A stretch of 64,000 nt of DNA from Hydrolagus affinis. Lineage: Eukaryota. Shown here piece by piece: positions 51,417-63,545 of this stretch. The notes under the pieces were generated by a model that made no database searches, was not told the origin of the DNA, and saw nothing but the letters and a program-made list of their open reading frames with translations. The DNA lies in contig JAAILG010000102.1 in NCBI GenBank assembly GCA_012026655.1, forward strand, positions 62,001-126,000. The letters are read 5' to 3'. The translations under genes were made by a program, and so were the position numbers. The first letter of the stretch is position 1. Each line of letters begins with the position of its first letter.

Positions 51417-53837
51417 TAGGCTGTGGAAACATTGATCCATTGAGGATGAACAATGAACAGCATAAATTTAGAAACAAACAACAGCAACACCAGATCTATC
51501 CCAGAGAGGCAAATGCACCAGCGATACAAAGTAATGCCGAAATTTCCTTGAGGCACAAATTTCCTTGTGATAGTAAGGGCAAAGAAGGATAAGGAAACAG
51601 ATGAATTATCCCCTTCAAATGATAAATCTCTCAATGCAATTAATTTCATTTGTTGCTAATGACTTCCAGTCAACAAAAAACACGTTTGCAAAGCGATTTG
51701 ACGAACACATTGCAGTAATGTGACAAGAAGAGCAGAAAATATGAAAGTGAGAATTTGCTAAAAGAACCATTTAAGAAGTTTGACCTTAATAGAGATCTAA
51801 TCTTCCACAACCTGACGGTAATTGTATTTTACAGTACATGTGAATCACTTTGAAGTGCATTTGAATTTGGTTCCACACACTTATTACAGTCCTCGATTGT
51901 TATAGTGCATTCTTTACTAATATCTAGTAATGCAAAGTTTAAATAGACTGACCAAAAATGATCATGTAATGTTACTTTTTCTTGTAGGTCTGTGGTTGAC
52001 AGTGTGTTATTTTAAGAAAACAAAATGGATTTTTTTTAATTAAAAGGTATGTTTGGCACTTTTCATGTGCATACAACTCAGAAATTCACTCGTAAACAGA
52101 TAATAGAATGGTTGTGTATGAACTTGCTGCAGGTGCACGAAGGACTTGTGGTAGTTTCAATGGAACACCTGCCCTGTTCAATTGTTCAGGTCATGCTATA
52201 TTCAAAGGGCTCACACAATGATCTGCAGTTTGCAATGCTCCAGTGCTCAGCAGACAGCATTCCAGCAAAGCAAAGTAGGCACCTAATGGGATCTGCCATT
52301 CTGAACTGATTTGCTCCTGATACAAGATAAGGTATTTGTTATATTTCTGGCTGCTCAGTACAGCTTCAGCCTAGAGAAAACAAAGCTTCCATTTTTATGC
52401 TAATAAATGTGATCCCATTGTCTCTGTTCACTAATCCCTAAATAGCAAAGAGCTGCTATTCAGAGTATCAGATCAAGCCAGGTAACCTTAAACTCCAATT
52501 AAATACAATTTCCTCTGTGGAACAATGGCAGAACAGGAGCTCGCAAAGCAATGCCAAGACTGTCCACTCAGAAAGCTACAGGTTGGAGATTGTCAAGCAA
52601 GTTCCCATGACATAATAATGCTTTCCAAAACTTTTCAAAAAGAATCAATACCATTATATATATATTTATATAATATACATACAATATCAGTAACTTCCCA
52701 AACATGCTTTTAAGTGACATTTTAAATATTATTCAACATTTCGGAATCATAAATTTCAGCAGATATAAATGAAACCTAAATCTAAAAAAACATGTACCAA
52801 CAATCATAGGCTTGTTCACTTTATACCAAGTGAATGCATAATTTTGACAGGTCTATATTGAATAGACAAGCTTCAAATTACTGAAAATATGTCTCATTTG
52901 TCACATAGTGATGGGAAAAGGGAAATAAGTTTGTAAAAGAGAAAATATAAACAATAAAAAAATTACCACAGACACTGAATTCAGTCAAGAAACCAACAAT
53001 CGAGTAATAGTTTAATAATAAGATGCAGGGTATGCCCTAAAGATGCACAAACACATATGTTAGATGTAGGTTCAGATTAGGACTCGCTCCGGAAAGTCTG
53101 CAGTGTTTATTAATAACAGGCTACAGCAGAAGCTGCTGGAAGAGCGCGGTCACAGAAATTATTTGTTCCCTAGCAAGGAGGCCATTCTGTTCAACCAAAG
53201 TAACTGCAATGTCACACTCTTCTCTTTCTCTGCAGAGACATACGTGCATGGTGTGTCTCAACCTGGTGAATACAGTACCTAATTTCTATGCTACCTCCAA
53301 CTGCACTTCCCCTGTTTTATTACAGACAATATGCTGTTTCCTTTTCTTGGAATGGATAAGCTACACAGCACCTTTGTTGATAAACCTTCCAATTTGGAAT
53401 AAAATAATTAAACAAATATGCACAATGAGAGTGCAGTCATCGTAAAATCCATTACCATATTTAAAGAGCCTAATAGAGATCTTCATTGATGCTCAACTTA
53501 AGCAAACGCAAATCCTTTTTTTAAAAAAAAACTTTGCAGGACAAGTGCACAACTTATACAGCTTCATCCTTTTTAAAATCATTTTTAAAAATGGAGCCAG
53601 CCTTTCTTATACTCTTTATTAGATTCTTGCATTAAAATTGATTTCCAGGTACATTTTACTGTGTATAAACCCACATGTTAAAGTATTGATTAGTCATGGT
53701 GTTTACAACCTGAAGAAAAAAATCTCAATTTTCCATTAAACCTTGAGATATTGCATTTTAAACTGTTAACCTGTTTGCAGTACCACATCATGCTTACAAA
53801 GAGAACAATTTATTTGGATTAGTTATTTCTGTCCATG

Positions 53838-54120
53838 CATGGCTCCGTTGGCAGCATTGTGAATCAGAAGGTTGTGGGTTCAAGCCCCAAGTGAAGGACT
53901 TGTAAATTCAGTCTTGGCATTGTCACAGGTGGCATCCTTCTGCTGAGGTCTCAAATCGGTTTCCCATTTGTGTCTGTTCAGATGGATGTTAAAGATCCTC
54001 TGGCACACTTGAAGAGAAGGGAGTTTCTCTCCTGGTGTCCTGGCCAATATTCCTCCAAATAAAAATTAATCAAACTGGCTGCCGTATTTGCCTGAAATGC
54101 AGTCACTACGTGTCACGGTA
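53838..54120 (+). mobile_element. DeuSINE-like copy with deletions
   Basis: CATGGCTCCGTTGGCAGCA...TCAGAAGGTTGTGGGTTCAAGCCCC; GATGGATGTTAAAGATCC; CCTGGTGTCCTGGCCAATATTCC; TGGCTGCCGTATTTGCC. Confidence 0.8.
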
Positions 54121-54212
54121 CATATTTGATACCTAGGCAGACTTCAGCAATTGTACAGAAGTTCTTTTAACTTCATGAGTTAATGAATGTAAGTTAACTC
54201 AATGCATAACTG

Positions 54213-54373
54213 AAACAAAAACAGAAATCACTGGGAACACTCAACAGCAGGTCAGGCAGAATGTATCTATGGAGAAAGGAAAAGTGAGTCAACGGTTTGG
54301 GTCCACGACGAAGAGTCCAGAGATTTCTGTTTTTGTTTCAGATTTCCGGCATCTGTAGTATTTTGCGTTGTTG
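54213..54373. mobile_element. Penelope-like-element derivative, inverted + direct arms with internal deletion, 14-bp TSD
   Basis: AAACAAAAACAGAAATC...GTGAGTCAACGGTTTGGGTCCACGAC, then GATTTCTGTTTTTGTTTCAGATTTCCGGC; TSD TCAATGCATAACTG at 54199-54212 and 54374-54387. Confidence 0.8.
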
Positions 54374-54436
54374 TCAATGCATAACTGCATGTATTTCCAA
54401 ACCATCCAGATTATGAGCACACAACATTTAACTTCA

Positions 54437-54507
54437 CTGTTCAACGCCTTGGGACATCCACTCGACGTGAAAGGTGCTCTATAAATATAATTTTGTTGTT
54501 GTTGTTA
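54437..54507 (+). mobile_element. short L2-type 3' tail
   Basis: CTGTTCAACGCCTTGGGACATCCACTCGACGTGAAAGGTGCTCTATAAAT...(TGT)n. Confidence 0.85.
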
Positions 54508-55955
54508 AACCTGCTTTGTAATGCTTCAGAATTCCAATTGTGTTTAAAAATTAAGTGGTCCACAATTTGAGTGTAAATTGGTGCATGTCTATATGCACAA
54601 TTGTGTTTTGCCATTGTGGTAGAATAGAGGTTCAGGCCTATTATTTTTACCCCAGTTCCTGATCTCAATTGTAACAGGAGAAACCTTGAATAATGACAGG
54701 GTTGCTCTGTTCTCACTGCAGTCTTACTTTTCTTGACATTTTGAGTCAAAATTTAATAATTTCAAGGCTTTATTGTTTTTCAAAGTGACCTTTTATCCTA
54801 AACTTCCTGCATTATTTTACTTTTAAATATTTGTTTCTCAATTTAATAACTATAGTGATGTAACTATAATGGACATCACAATTGTGTGTATCTTGCAGAA
54901 GTTGACCCGGTAATTTTTTGATGTAAGGAGGATAGTGATGATATTATATAGTTCCCTGTCAAAACCCTGCTGCTAATAATAGGTACTGTACTTTAAGAAA
55001 GCCAATATTTTTCATAAATATATTTAAGAAATGCTGCTTTCCATTAATAGTAGATGTGTGTCAGTGAATTGGAAACTGTAATGTAATCACAGGGTTCAGC
55101 TGATGAACAAACTGTTTGAACTTTGCTCTCACTGTCACTAAGGATTGTTATTTGTGTCTAGGGTATGATGTCAATTGTACTCTTCAAGACCTTGAGAAAG
55201 TTAAATACCTCACAAGTCAGAGTTGGATGAAGTATGTACAGTAAAAACAAACATTTCTTTTGTGAGTAATCTATGAATTCATTCCATTCTAATTTCTTTA
55301 CACGGCCGACACATACATTTCAATATTTTCCCAAACTTTATCATTGGTCCCAAATTTATATAAAAAAAACTATTACTGTGATCCTTATCATTGGGTAGAT
55401 TCAATAAAATGCTTCATTAAAATTGTTATCACAGCTGCATATTAACATTTACACACTACAGAGTTTCTTTTTGCCTCCAATAATGGATGTAAGCTTATGG
55501 TAAGAGATGATTTAGCTATTTTATAGGGTGTCAAGAATGAAAGGTTATTTGCATTGTGTGAGCAATTCACATTGTCTTCATAATGTATCTCATTAATGTT
55601 TCATGAAATAATATTCTTGCACACTGAATGTTGAGTGCCTTGCAATATCAATTCTGTATATTTGAAGTACACCTTTTCCAATGAAACATAATTTCCAACA
55701 GATACAATTTGTAATCTCAAAGTCCACTGTTTAGTGGTTTGCTCAACAAATATAATCAGTTCAGGAGATTTCACAATTTCAGTACAAGAATATAACTTGC
55801 TAGTTGGATTTGGTTTCTGATCTTCACTTTTGTCTCTATAACTGGTATGCCTTTTGAGTGACACTGAACGGAAACTGGAAGTTGATCTTCTGCTAAAAAA
55901 AAATAAACAGTATTGGATGCAAACAACGTTTTAAGATTCAGGAGGGGAGATTCTT

Positions 55956-55998
55956 ATGAAAGGCGCTACACAAGTGTAATTTTGTTCTTGTTCTTGTG
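55956..55998 (+). mobile_element. ultra-short L2-type 3' tail
   Basis: ATGAAAGGCGCTACACAAGTGTAATTTTGTTCTTGTTCTTGT. Confidence 0.75.
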
Positions 55999-58764
55999 TG
56001 AGCTAGATTTTAAAAACAAACATGATTCCATCTTGAGAATACTTCCTTTCCACTGCATTTAAAAGATGGGAAAATATTTAAATCATCTCAAACTTCAGAA
56101 ATGTTCGCAAGGTTTGTTAATCAGGTGGTTGATACCAATGATAGAAAATTAAATTTACCCATTTTTAGCGACCAGAGTTAGCAGCAAACATTAGACCTTT
56201 CTGACTGGATATAAAGTACTGCCAGACTTCCTTTTCTTCAACTCATTGCACTGTTCCCATTGTATTATTTTTAGCCATATTTGTAGATTATTTGTTATTT
56301 CCCTCCATCTCTCTTTGTAGATGGAGTCATCATGTCATCTTATCATCTCATGGGAGAAATGGCCTGCCCCATAAATCTACCATTTTAAACCTAACAATGA
56401 AACAAGATGACAGATCTTAGTAACTGTTCATTATTTAATTTTTAAAGGAAATACTGTAAAGTGTTTTTAAATTTAAATTCATCAGCTCATGTGTGTGTTC
56501 ATGTATGTGTTGAACTTCAGAAGTCCATATGGCAAGGATTTACTAATTCCCAATACCGTAGTCCTACTTTTTCAAGTTGATCAGGGTTAGCAAACTGGGA
56601 CTTGTAAATTCTAGTCAATGCATAAACATTTCTGCAGTGTCAAACATTAGAAATTGCTACTGATTGCTAGGCTTCCCCCTACAGATCACCCTGCCAAAAT
56701 AGCCAAGGACAAGATATATACCCAACCACAAAATCACCAGGGATTACCCACTGCTTTTCACTACTTCTCCTTTCTCCAGACTAACAACTGGGAAAATGAA
56801 TACATAATAAGCTGTCAAACATTTCTCCCATGAGATGATTAAGAATAAGATTGTTTGTCTCCCCCTGTGGCTTCAGCCAGAGGCAACAATCACTCCATAT
56901 TACATCTACAAAATTTACAGTAATTTACAGTAAAACAGAGACATTTCCATTATGCATATGCACAGAGAATGACTACTTTCCCAATGCATCAGTTTGGGTC
57001 TTGCTTATGTCAACACATATTTGAGAAGCATATACAGTACTATTGTTATCTGTTGTTATTTCCCTGTGATTTTTACTATCATGTTAACCCTTTCATTAAA
57101 ATCTATGAAATGGTGGTACCCAAGAATGCCAGTTCTCAGCCTGACAAGAATTTCCATTATATTTAATTGAAACTCACAAACCCTTTCAGACAATTTTAAT
57201 AGAAAATAGTTGAAAGGCTTTAATAGAATTTTACCTCCATTTACTTATAAAGGAGTACTGTAGTAACTTGCTGTTGCCTAGGTGTATTGGGAACAAACAT
57301 TAGGACAGCAACATTTACCATTATTTACGCTTGTGAATTTGATCCACCAATGCCATCAGAATCTCGAAAAAATACTTGTGCATATTAAAGAGGCAAAGTT
57401 TACACTTGGTTTGAACAAGTTTCTGAACTTTAAAAACAGCACCATTCATTGTACAAAGCATCACATCCAAAAGTAATTTACAGAAGAGCTCTTTGAACAT
57501 TTTCTAATAGCTTGGTATTTTTTTGCTGCTTAAGTATTGCAGCCAAGTCAGAAATCCACCGAATGGTTTTATCATTCCTTTGTATAATTACTGTCTGAAA
57601 AATCCTGTCTGCAGCCTATTTTGGGCAAAGCATTCTTTTCACTTTTGTTCTTCCTGTAGGGCATTTCAGAGACTTCTTCAGCTTGATTAATTTCCAAACA
57701 TCTTCTAAAAAAAAATCAAATTATAGACAATAGATCATTCAGATAACGCCTAAATATTTTGCTTTATCCCCCCGTTACTGTCATTTCCTTATTCTTCTGT
57801 AATTAGCCATTTCCTTCACTTTTTTCCTCAACAATAGATAATTTATTTCAATAGTTTTAATCTTGTAAAGACGGGGCAGGTTAAAAAGCTTAATCATCTT
57901 TCCCTGATTTCAGAACTGCAACATTATCACATTAATATGATTTAGGAATGTGAATTTTTAGAGTAATTCTGATGAATTTGTCAATGTATAGTATTTTTGA
58001 ACCTTCGTTTGGAATCCCATCCCAGTGTTTCATGTATAGATTAGTTCATAGTCATTTTATAAAGAGTCATTAAATATTTTTGACTTGCCTTCAAACTTTT
58101 AGTTCACAATATATTTAACATTCTTTTTCTATGTTTGTTTGTTTTTGCTCTTTTTTTTTAAAAACCAAATGGAATCGTATGTCCATTTTGTGAATGCTAC
58201 ATCACTTTTCTAAGCATTTTACTATTTGTGGGATATTGCTGGAGCCAGTGAGGGATATAAACTAGCTAAAAATCTGTTGATGGCAGAGAACCTGATTAGT
58301 AAAATGGCTTTAACACTAGCTAAGAAAACAGTTCTGCATGGGAGCTCCACTGGTTTCGGAGTGATGCCATTCTTGTTAGTTGGCACCAGATGGTCAGACA
58401 ATATGCAAATGATGAGTGGTTCATGGTAGAAGGTTGCCTTCTGGGTTAATGCAATCTCTGAAACCAAACAGACACCCAGGAGGTCTTGAAACAGCTCAAT
58501 GATCTGAACAAAAAGTATTAAGGGAAGCCAGCATCTAATTAGTTTTAAACAAATATGCTCCACGAGTTTTTATTAGAAATATTCATTCATTTTAGGTATA
58601 TTTGAAGTGTTACTGCCATAGATTTTTTTCTTCTTTAGGATTTAGCAATTTTTAATAATTTTTCAAACTTTTTCTTGCAGTATTATGATATGATAAATGG
58701 CGTGATCTCTTTGAAGCTATTATGACAGTATTGGGGTTGACAATGCAACATTCACAAACTGGAA

Positions 58765-58993
58765 CAAAAACAGAAGTTGCTGGAAAAGCTCAGCAGGTCA
58801 GGCAGCATCCATGGAGAAAAAAAAGTGAGTCAATGTTTCAGGTCCACGACCCTTCGTCAGTTCTGACGAAGTTCTGAGGAAGGGTCGTGAACTCACTTTC
58901 CTTTCTCCATGGATGCTGCCTGACCTGCTGAGCTTTCCCAGCAACTTCTGTTTTTGTTTCAGATTTCCAGCTTCTGTAGTATTTTATTTTTTT
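58765..58993. mobile_element. palindromic Penelope-like-element derivative with 15-bp TSD and hammerhead core
   Basis: Inverted arms 58763-58830 / 58891-58958 (3 mismatches in 68 bp); TSD ATTCACAAACTGGAA at 58750-58764 and 58994-59008; minus strand 58827-58860 reads CTGACGAAGGGTCGTGGACCTGAAACATTGACTC. Confidence 0.85.
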
Positions 58994-60082
58994 ATTCACA
59001 AACTGGAAATAGCCTTGCAAATTGTGAATTCCACTTTGTGAATTGTGTGATTTCATACCAAATTTACTATTTTTGAAAAAATAACCGGTTTCTGCCAAAA
59101 AAACACAATCCTGAAATCTAACAAAGTTTAGCTATATTTCGCCCAGCATTCTGTTTTTCTGACCTGCGTTGGATTTTCTTGGTAGAAAAATAACACTCGG
59201 CAAAATTCCATCTTAAATTGAAAACTGGAAGTTGCAAACATTGCAGTAGCTTCAGCCTTGCAGGTGCTGCATTCCCAACCTCTGAGTTGGACTGAACCAA
59301 ACTCAAAGTGGAGCTATGCTCAAAGTTTACCTGGCACAGCTCTGTTAATGCTTAGTGGATTGCCTGAGGCTTTCAATGCTCTGTTCTTGAGGTTAAAGTA
59401 AGTTGTTCTTACTCCAAACACCTTCTCTGTGTTGTCTGTGAGTTGATATACTCTTTAATCTTGATCTCTCTTAGTAACAATAAGAACCAATCACAAATAC
59501 TGTACCAACAAAGAAATCCTCAGCAAAAACAACACTACTCTCATAGTAAGAAATCCTCACGATAAATCGTGAGAAACACACTCCTCACCATTTACAAGAT
59601 TCAATTTTCTCTGATGGGTATATGCGTACATGAGAATACAAACATTTAGTGACTCTTCAAGTTATCAAAGAAATGGAGGCAACTTTGGGGCTGGTTTCCA
59701 TGCCAACTTGGACGGTGCAATCTGGTTTGCAACTCCCACCATCAAATGTTGAATTGCCTCTAGGCAGAGAATAACTCCATAAGAGTGGAAAATACAAAAT
59801 TATATGGCAATTACCACTGCCCCAGGCAAGTTTTACTCTGAGTCCTCACAGACAGCATGGAAGTCAGAATTGCTTATTGAGGGTACTGATAATGTAAAGA
59901 TAGGACTCAGGTGATTTATTAAAACTGATCTAGTTTTTGTCTGTTTCTAAAGTTCAAATGATCGCAATAAAATTAGTTATTTGACCACATTACAGTTAAA
60001 TTAAGATAACAAATCAGGTCTTTGTAACAAATCAGGCAGAAGTGTATTACTAGCTTCTTATCATTAGAATATTCGCTGTCTC

Positions 60083-60181
60083 CAGCTTCGGGTCTGAAAC
60101 AATGACTGTCCAGCACCTTGGGACGTCCTCCTAATGTGAAAGGCCCTAGATAAATGTAATTTTGTTGTGGTTGTTGTTGTT
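60083..60181 (+). mobile_element. L2 3' end (same subfamily as 33831-34147)
   Basis: Shares GGTCTGAAACAATG(A/T)CTGT with 34065-34083, followed by the stem-loop and (TGT)n tail. Confidence 0.85.
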
Positions 60182-60782
60182 AAAATATGCAGCATGTAGC
60201 AGGTTAACTGCACTTGTGACCAATAGAAAGTTAAAGAGGGAGAAAGATTTGATCTCAAAAATGTTTTGCACTGGACAATAGTTTGGTGGCAGTGTTGTTC
60301 AGTCCTCCACAGCTGAAAATAAATCTGTCATGGTTCCTGCTGTTGAATTGCCATTACCACAGTGACTCAGACATAGATGAATCAGAACAAAATGCTCTGG
60401 TCGTGGCTCTGATAAGGAACTCATCTCCTACCAGTTCTGCAGTCAGACTGTGTTTGAGATAGATTGCAATCTAATATTAGTGAAGGATTTGCAAAGGCTC
60501 AGTGATGCTCTGTCCTTGCCAGTTTTATTCCATCTATCTGCAACTGCACATGACTCCAGATGTAAGAGCATGTGCCACATTAGTGCCTGAGCATCAAGAT
60601 CAACAATTTGCATGAGAGCTGAAAGTCCTACTCAGTACTAAAGTACACTTTGCTCAAAGTCACTTACTACTTTCTCGCACTTCAAAATGTAGTGCCCCAG
60701 GTTGTCGTACATTCATACAATGATACTAATCTCCAGGAACTTTTAAGTACAAGAATTTCACAGGAAGACAAAAGCTTCAACA

Positions 60783-60861
60783 ACATCAGATACAGCATAT
60801 TGTTATTTCAATATTATTTAATTAGACATTAGATACAGCATATTGTTATTTCAATATTATT
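60783..60861. repeat. 43-bp-period tandem duplication
   Basis: AGATACAGCATATTGTTATTTCAATATTATT identical at 60788-60818 and 60831-60861. Confidence 0.9.
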
Positions 60862-63269
60862 CACCATTAAATTGTAGTGAATTACTTTACTGTACTGTAT
60901 ATATGAGTCTCCACAGCCCCCCGGAAGAACTTACAGGATATTCATATTTAGGTTGCCATGGCCTCTTTGTTTTGGCGTTCCTCATTTGAACAAGTATTGG
61001 TTGTTACTGCTTCTAGAAAAATATCCGCCGCCACCCTTCCGTCAGAGGTCTTTTACAGCACAGGCATTTATCTTTGGTTTATGTACAATTTACAGCCAAA
61101 ATTCCAACATCACAAAACTTCAGAAACTCCAGCATTCCTGCACATAATTGAATTAATTGTGGTTCATCACAGTAAAGCATATTATTACCTGTCACCCTGC
61201 AGCACAGAGCATTAACTGACAGGTGTAAGTACCACCAAATTAAGAATTAATATTACGTTTTCTGTGCAGCAATAAGTCAATTGTACAAATTAAGGCAATG
61301 GGGAAACACGCCCCCATGATTCTTCAAGCTAACTCAACAGTTTTAATCAGTTTCCAGTTTCACCAGAACTTCTTGCTGATTTTCAATCTTATTTTTCTGG
61401 CCAATTCTGAAGTCTCCAGGATATTCACTGAACCTTATCTGGACGCCAATTATGTAGCCGCAGCCTCCCTGTAGAGTCACTAACTAAAAGGTCCACACTC
61501 AGTGGTAAATGACTCTGGGGCTGGTAAGCATCTGACCAAGACGAACATTTCCAGCAGAACTCCAGAAGCGGCTTTCAGTGGACTGTATGAATTCGCTGAG
61601 GACAGAAATGTGACTTTTCAACCAAAAATAAGTTATTGGGTCCATTGGCGAGCCTCTGCACATATATAGTGTTATTATAACGGCAGCCATAGTCGTCTGT
61701 CTGTACCACTACTGTCAGGCAAGGATCTGTGTCAAATTCTTTTTTTAGAAAGTCCATATTTTTCCTTTTCATTCCCTCCCACAGTTCCTATTCATCTACA
61801 TGGTTCAGCACATTGCAGTCCCAGCTCACCATTTATGAACCAAGTGTTTAAATGATGATAATCTATCATCTTCACCTATTCTTTCTGCCATTCAAGTCTT
61901 TCTTTGGGGATTTCGGCTAAAGAATGTGTTCATAAAGCCACAGTATAAGAACAAAACAGGTATACTTTGTTAAGTATTTGCATTTCCAATGGTTCAGCAA
62001 ATTTCTACAATAAAATGTAATTGCTCTTGTAGCTCAAATTAAGCTGAAACTAAAAGTAAAGTAGGTAAATCAGGCAAACACACACTTTAATAGAAGTCAA
62101 TTATGATGGGTTTAATTTGGAAAGAAACAGCTCTTAACTTTTTACCAATTGAACAATATTGCTAGAAAGTTTCACTTCCCCCTCCATCCCCAACCTACTA
62201 CTATATAAACTTTACTTATAAACTTTATTTATAAGATTTATTTGGGGCATTCACTTTTTGTTTTATCTATTCTCATACAACTTTAAGCACATAAACTTTA
62301 AGCATGCATCAAACATATGCTTCATTTGTGCTTGTGTGCAAACAGTACAATTATTTTACTTTATACAGTATTGGTAAAATAGGAACCTTTCAATTGCTGC
62401 AAAATACATTAAAATACATTTTGAAACAATATATTCATCATATCTTTGCATGAAGACTTCATGTTTTCTTTTCAGAAAATTCATAAGGCATTTGCTGGTA
62501 AGGGAACTGCTTTTCAATAGTGTATTCACAACTTTCATTTAACACAAAACAAGATACTAGTGCACCATTTTGCAATAACCAAAAACAATCATCACCATTA
62601 TTCTTTTCATTCATATTTAGGTGTATTAATACTGGAACTCGTCAAACAAAATCAAACATCTCTATCCCAAGTGAGAAAGAAGAAACCATAGCTTTGAGAG
62701 ACATGCCTTCATCCACTGCACTTTTAACTTGAATTATTAATGTACTTTCACATCGATAACACTTTTCCCTCTCCCTTTGACAACACCATCTGGCTCGGCT
62801 AGACCCCTGATCACAGCTGGGCTTTGTTGGCTCCTCTATAACACAAGAATTTAATCCCTTGCAGGGTTGCCTTTATTGCCTCCTAGCTTGCTGTTATTAC
62901 TCACATACATGGCACTGTGCACTGAAGCCCAATCTACATCCTATGGGATGAGGCCTTTTCTGACCTGTCCCAGCAGAATCCACAAGAGAACAGAAACCTT
63001 ATAAAGATACAGCAGGATCTCTGAAAAAATGAATAATTTGCTGTTTCTTCATCTCCCTCTCCCACTGTAAGACATTATTATTAGAAGTATAATGCAACAC
63101 TCATTTCCACATGCGTCCAATAATTAAAGCCAACACCGTGCAGTCTTGTAAAAAAAATTAAACACTTTAAATAGCTAACCCTAAATAAGGTTCATCAGAT
63201 TGGCAAGAGTTACACATAAGGCAGAGGTATAAACCTGGGCTCCATAAGTAGGATTCCCGCCTTAGAATA

Positions 63270-63545
63270 TTAGACTTTAGAACTCATAGTCTGAGAGTGT
63301 GCTGCTTTGCTGTAGGTGCTGTTCTTTGGATGAGGTTATACTAGAGTCTCATCTGCCTGTTCAGGTGGGTTTTAAAAATCACTATTTGAAAGGGAAAGTT
63401 CTTCCTGGTGTCCTGAAGATCAATGCCACTGAGTGAGCAATAATTGCTCACTCAGTGGCATTGCTGTGCATAAATTGGTGGCCACATTCCTCTACAAATA
63501 CACAGTCACTGCACTTCAGAATAAAATCTTCTGAAGTGTTTATGG
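63270..63545 (+). mobile_element. degraded DeuSINE-like copy containing a perfect palindrome
   Basis: CTTTGGATGAGG, CTGCCTGTTCAGGTGG, TCCTGGTGTCCTG, TTGCTGTGCATAAATTGG, CACAGTCACTGCACTTCA. Confidence 0.75.
63421..63463. repeat. perfect inverted repeat, 21-bp arms, 1-nt spacer
   Basis: CAATGCCACTGAGTGAGCAAT-A-ATTGCTCACTCAGTGGCATTG. Confidence 0.95.

Noticed and set aside
58222-58563. 113-aa minus-strand ORF
   Set aside because: No recognisable domain or convincing exon boundaries.
60783-60861. Direct repeat as a CRISPR-like unit
   Set aside because: Only two copies with a 12-bp spacer; a simple tandem duplication.
61575-61772. ORF (…YVQRLANGPNNLFLVEKSHFC…) loosely reminiscent of the calcium-channel alpha2delta C-terminus
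   Set aside because: Similarity is limited to a few residues, an in-frame stop follows, and there are no fitting splice sites; likely chance.
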